Source: a virus
Taxonomy: Duplodnaviria > Caudoviricetes
Length of the DNA stretch: 27,700 nucleotides
Direction: 5' to 3' (one strand)
Virus record (IMG/VR): IMGVR_UViG_3300022936_000132
Span: 1-27,700 of that record
Shown: in pieces, positions 26,048 through 27,700 of the stretch
Layout of the letters: each line of letters starts with the position of its first letter
Numbering within the stretch: position 1 is the first letter of the stretch
Notes under the pieces: generated by a model
What the model saw: the letters and a program-made list of their open reading frames with translations, nothing else
Told to the model about the DNA's origin: nothing
Databases searched by the model: none
Program-made: the position numbers and the translations under genes

Positions 26048-26388
26048 ACGCTGCCTCCCAGTTGCAGTGGGATGCTCATGCTCAGCGGTTCATGGCTATC
26101 GATGATGCTGCCGTGCAGATCCAGCTCGGATTTGCCTTGCTGATCGGCACCCAGCAACTCCATATGGCTCAGGCGTATGCGTGGCTCCCAACGCAGCAGG
26201 GCCATGGCCGTGGCGGCATACACCCGCAGCCGGGTGAAGTCATTGAACGGATCATCGATCAGCTCGGGCACCAGGCTGCCGTATTCACGGCGCATGACAC
26301 GGGTCCCGATGCGAGTGGTGAGGATGTCGGTAATCGACTGGCTGATACTTTCGCGCCTGCTCAGGCTGCCCCCGGTGTGCCGATTCAT
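26044..26388 (-). CDS. W: Baseplate wedge protein GpW (gp25 family)
   Basis: QSITDILTTRIGTRVMRREYGS...RWEPRI. Confidence 0.93.
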   Translation of the reverse strand: MNRHTGGSLSRRESISQSITDILTTRIGTRVMRREYGSLVPELIDDPFNDFTRLRVYAATAMALLRWEPRIRLSHMELLGADQQGKSELDLHGSIIDSHEPLSMSIPLQLGGSV

Positions 26389-26987
26389 TGCGGCGGGCTC
26401 GTCGGAGCACCGAGGTTGCCCACGTGCACGTGCTTAACCAGGCTGATGCCGGCGGCGACCACATCAGCGGACACGGTGACTTTCCCGGTGATGGTTTGAT
26501 TGCCGGTCTGGCTGTAACTCCCCGCCTGGGTAAAGTTGCCTGTCTGGGTGTAATCGCCTTCATGAGTGACCGGCCCGACAAGGTGAATACCGCCGCTGCT
26601 GATTAGCTCTGTGGTACCGCCCTCAGGCAGTTGCGCCCGCAACTCGTGGGCCACGCTGTCGTACTCGATCACAGCGCCGTCCTGATACGTGCGGCGGTGC
26701 AAACCCAGGCGATCGCCGTTGGCCGGGATTGCATCGCTATAGATGCCGGTGATTACCACGGCGTTTGCCAACTGGCCGGATGGGCTGAGCAGCAAAACTT
26801 GTTCGTTTATCGTCGGAGGATCCCAATCGACATCGGCACCTGCTCGTAAGGCTAGCCACGGCAACCAGCCAGTGGTCAACCCACCGGTTTTGACTCGGAC
26901 ACGCGGGGGCTTCATCTGGGTTTCGGCAATGGTGCCGAAGCGGATGAGGTTTTCGATCAGGCGGGAGAGGGTCGCGGTGTCGTTCAT
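26385..26987 (-). CDS. V: Baseplate spike protein GpV
   Basis: RLIENLIRFGTI...WLPWL..RAG; 6-residue beta repeats; C-terminal HVH metal-binding motif. Confidence 0.94.
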   Translation of the reverse strand: MNDTATLSRLIENLIRFGTIAETQMKPPRVRVKTGGLTTGWLPWLALRAGADVDWDPPTINEQVLLLSPSGQLANAVVITGIYSDAIPANGDRLGLHRRTYQDGAVIEYDSVAHELRAQLPEGGTTELISSGGIHLVGPVTHEGDYTQTGNFTQAGSYSQTGNQTITGKVTVSADVVAAGISLVKHVHVGNLGAPTSPPQ

Positions 26988-27034
26988 GCCGCCAATGGTG
27001 GCGGGAGTGCAGACAGGATGCAGCTAGGTGGGGC

Positions 27035-27053
27035 TGTAGTCCGCGGATCTACA
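27035..27053 (-). promoter_or_regulatory. Ogr-type late promoter box upstream of V
   Basis: TGTAG-N9-CTACA dyad, 48 bp upstream of the V start. Confidence 0.7.
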
Positions 27054-27381
27054 AAGGTTTCGAGCGCTTGTCCCAGTAGGCCTTTATCGTTTCCAGGTTT
27101 GTGTGTCGGCCCGCATCAATGTCCGCCAGGCCCTCGGCAATCGCGGCCTGATGCCATGATGCGTTGCCGAGCAAAGCCTGAACCTCTTCATCGCTGGCGA
27201 AATCACCGGCATCCGCTTCCTCTACAGCACGCTGAAGCTCAGCGACTTGCTCTTGCTCGCGTTCCAGGTAGATTCTCAATGACTCCAGCGCGAGGGTTGA
27301 CTCGTCACGTCCGGTTCTTTGTGCCATTAGTGCCAAGTGATTGGCGAGATCGGCAGGGAGGTTAAGGGTGATTTCGTTCAT
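27049..27381 (-). CDS. CopG/RHH antitoxin-like protein with a duplicated C-terminal module
   Basis: ITLNLPADL...LALMAQRTGR...LRIYL RHH fold pattern, then EEADAGDFASDEEV and EGLADIDAGR; ATG 27381 preferred over 27534. Confidence 0.72.
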   Translation of the reverse strand: MNEITLNLPADLANHLALMAQRTGRDESTLALESLRIYLEREQEQVAELQRAVEEADAGDFASDEEVQALLGNASWHQAAIAEGLADIDAGRHTNLETIKAYWDKRSKPL

Positions 27382-27589
27382 AGCGATGCACCGTGTTCGT
27401 AAGCGGTTGATTCGTGCTGAGCAGGAATGGAAAGCGTCTATGGTCCATGATGAGCCGTCATCCCTGTGAAAGGCTATAATGGGCCCGTTCCCGACGACGG
27501 AATATCTAATTTTACCCTGTCGCGATTTGCTCAAAAATGATTATTGGAATAAGCTTTTAGGCATGAATACACATCCTCTGGAGGCTTCC

Positions 27590-27700
27590 ATGGCCACCAC
27601 CAAGAAAACTGAAAAGCCACGTAAGAAGGTCATCAGCAATCAGCTGACATACCTCGACGTTCGTCAGGCCGCTCGTGACGGACAACAGGCGTTTGAGACG
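27590..27700 (+). CDS. Partial ORF of unknown function (runs off the window)
   Basis: GGAGG 5 nt before ATG 27590; open to the edge: MATTKKTEKPRKKVISNQLTYLDVRQAARDGQQAFET. Confidence 0.55.
   Translation, partial: MATTKKTEKPRKKVISNQLTYLDVRQAARDGQQAFET

Larger units (their letters stand above)
952..27700. mobile_element. P2/phiCTX-like (Peduoviridae-type) prophage, left part; continues beyond the window
   Basis: Integrase abutting the tRNA 3' end, xis, ogr, cI, and the P2-order tail module V-W-J-I-H-G / FI-FII-E-E'-T-U-D; head and lysis genes and the far att site are not in the window. Confidence 0.93.

Noticed and set aside
26480-26570. Short periodic repeats in V (GDYTQT/GNFTQA/GSYSQT/GNQTIT)
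   Set aside because: Ordinary beta-helix repeats of the spike protein.
27382-27534. N-terminal extension of the RHH ORF in the ORF track (also those at 777, 2516, 8235, 11936, 19834, 22560, 23020, 25172)
   Set aside because: Family similarity, RBS position or stop-start overlaps point to the downstream ATGs.
1-27700. CRISPR array, IS elements, rRNA
   Set aside because: No regularly spaced repeats, transposase motifs or rRNA-like sequence were seen.

Overview
Pseudomonas-type chromosomal DNA. The first 1 kb is host: yccA and a tRNA-Ser(TGA). The rest is the left ~26.7 kb of a P2/phiCTX-like prophage, apparently inserted at the tRNA 3' end and running past the right edge. It carries int/xis, an early operon (toprim primase-helicase plus a stand-alone paralog of its ATPase domain, ogr, antirepressor), a cI switch with readable operators, and the contractile tail/baseplate genes V-W-J-I-H-G, FI-FII-E/E'-T-U-D. 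There are three cargo sites. Between cI and D is an AT-richer block: a DUF4747-like plus membrane-protein pair, a putAbiC-like gene and a polytopic membrane protein. Between FI and the tail-fibre genes are a Gly/Ala-rich protein, a HEPN-motif protein and a com-methyltransferase module. Upstream of V is an orphan antitoxin-like RHH gene. The most striking item is the com-MTase module. The C5 cytosine methyltransferase lacks motif IX, and motif IX lies in a 262-aa ORF nested in the +1 frame of the same gene (an M.EcoHK31I-type alpha/beta arrangement). That nested ORF is in frame with a Mu-like com gene, and its AGGAGG ribosome-binding site overlaps the com stop codon. All family assignments come from motif recognition by eye; no database search was run.
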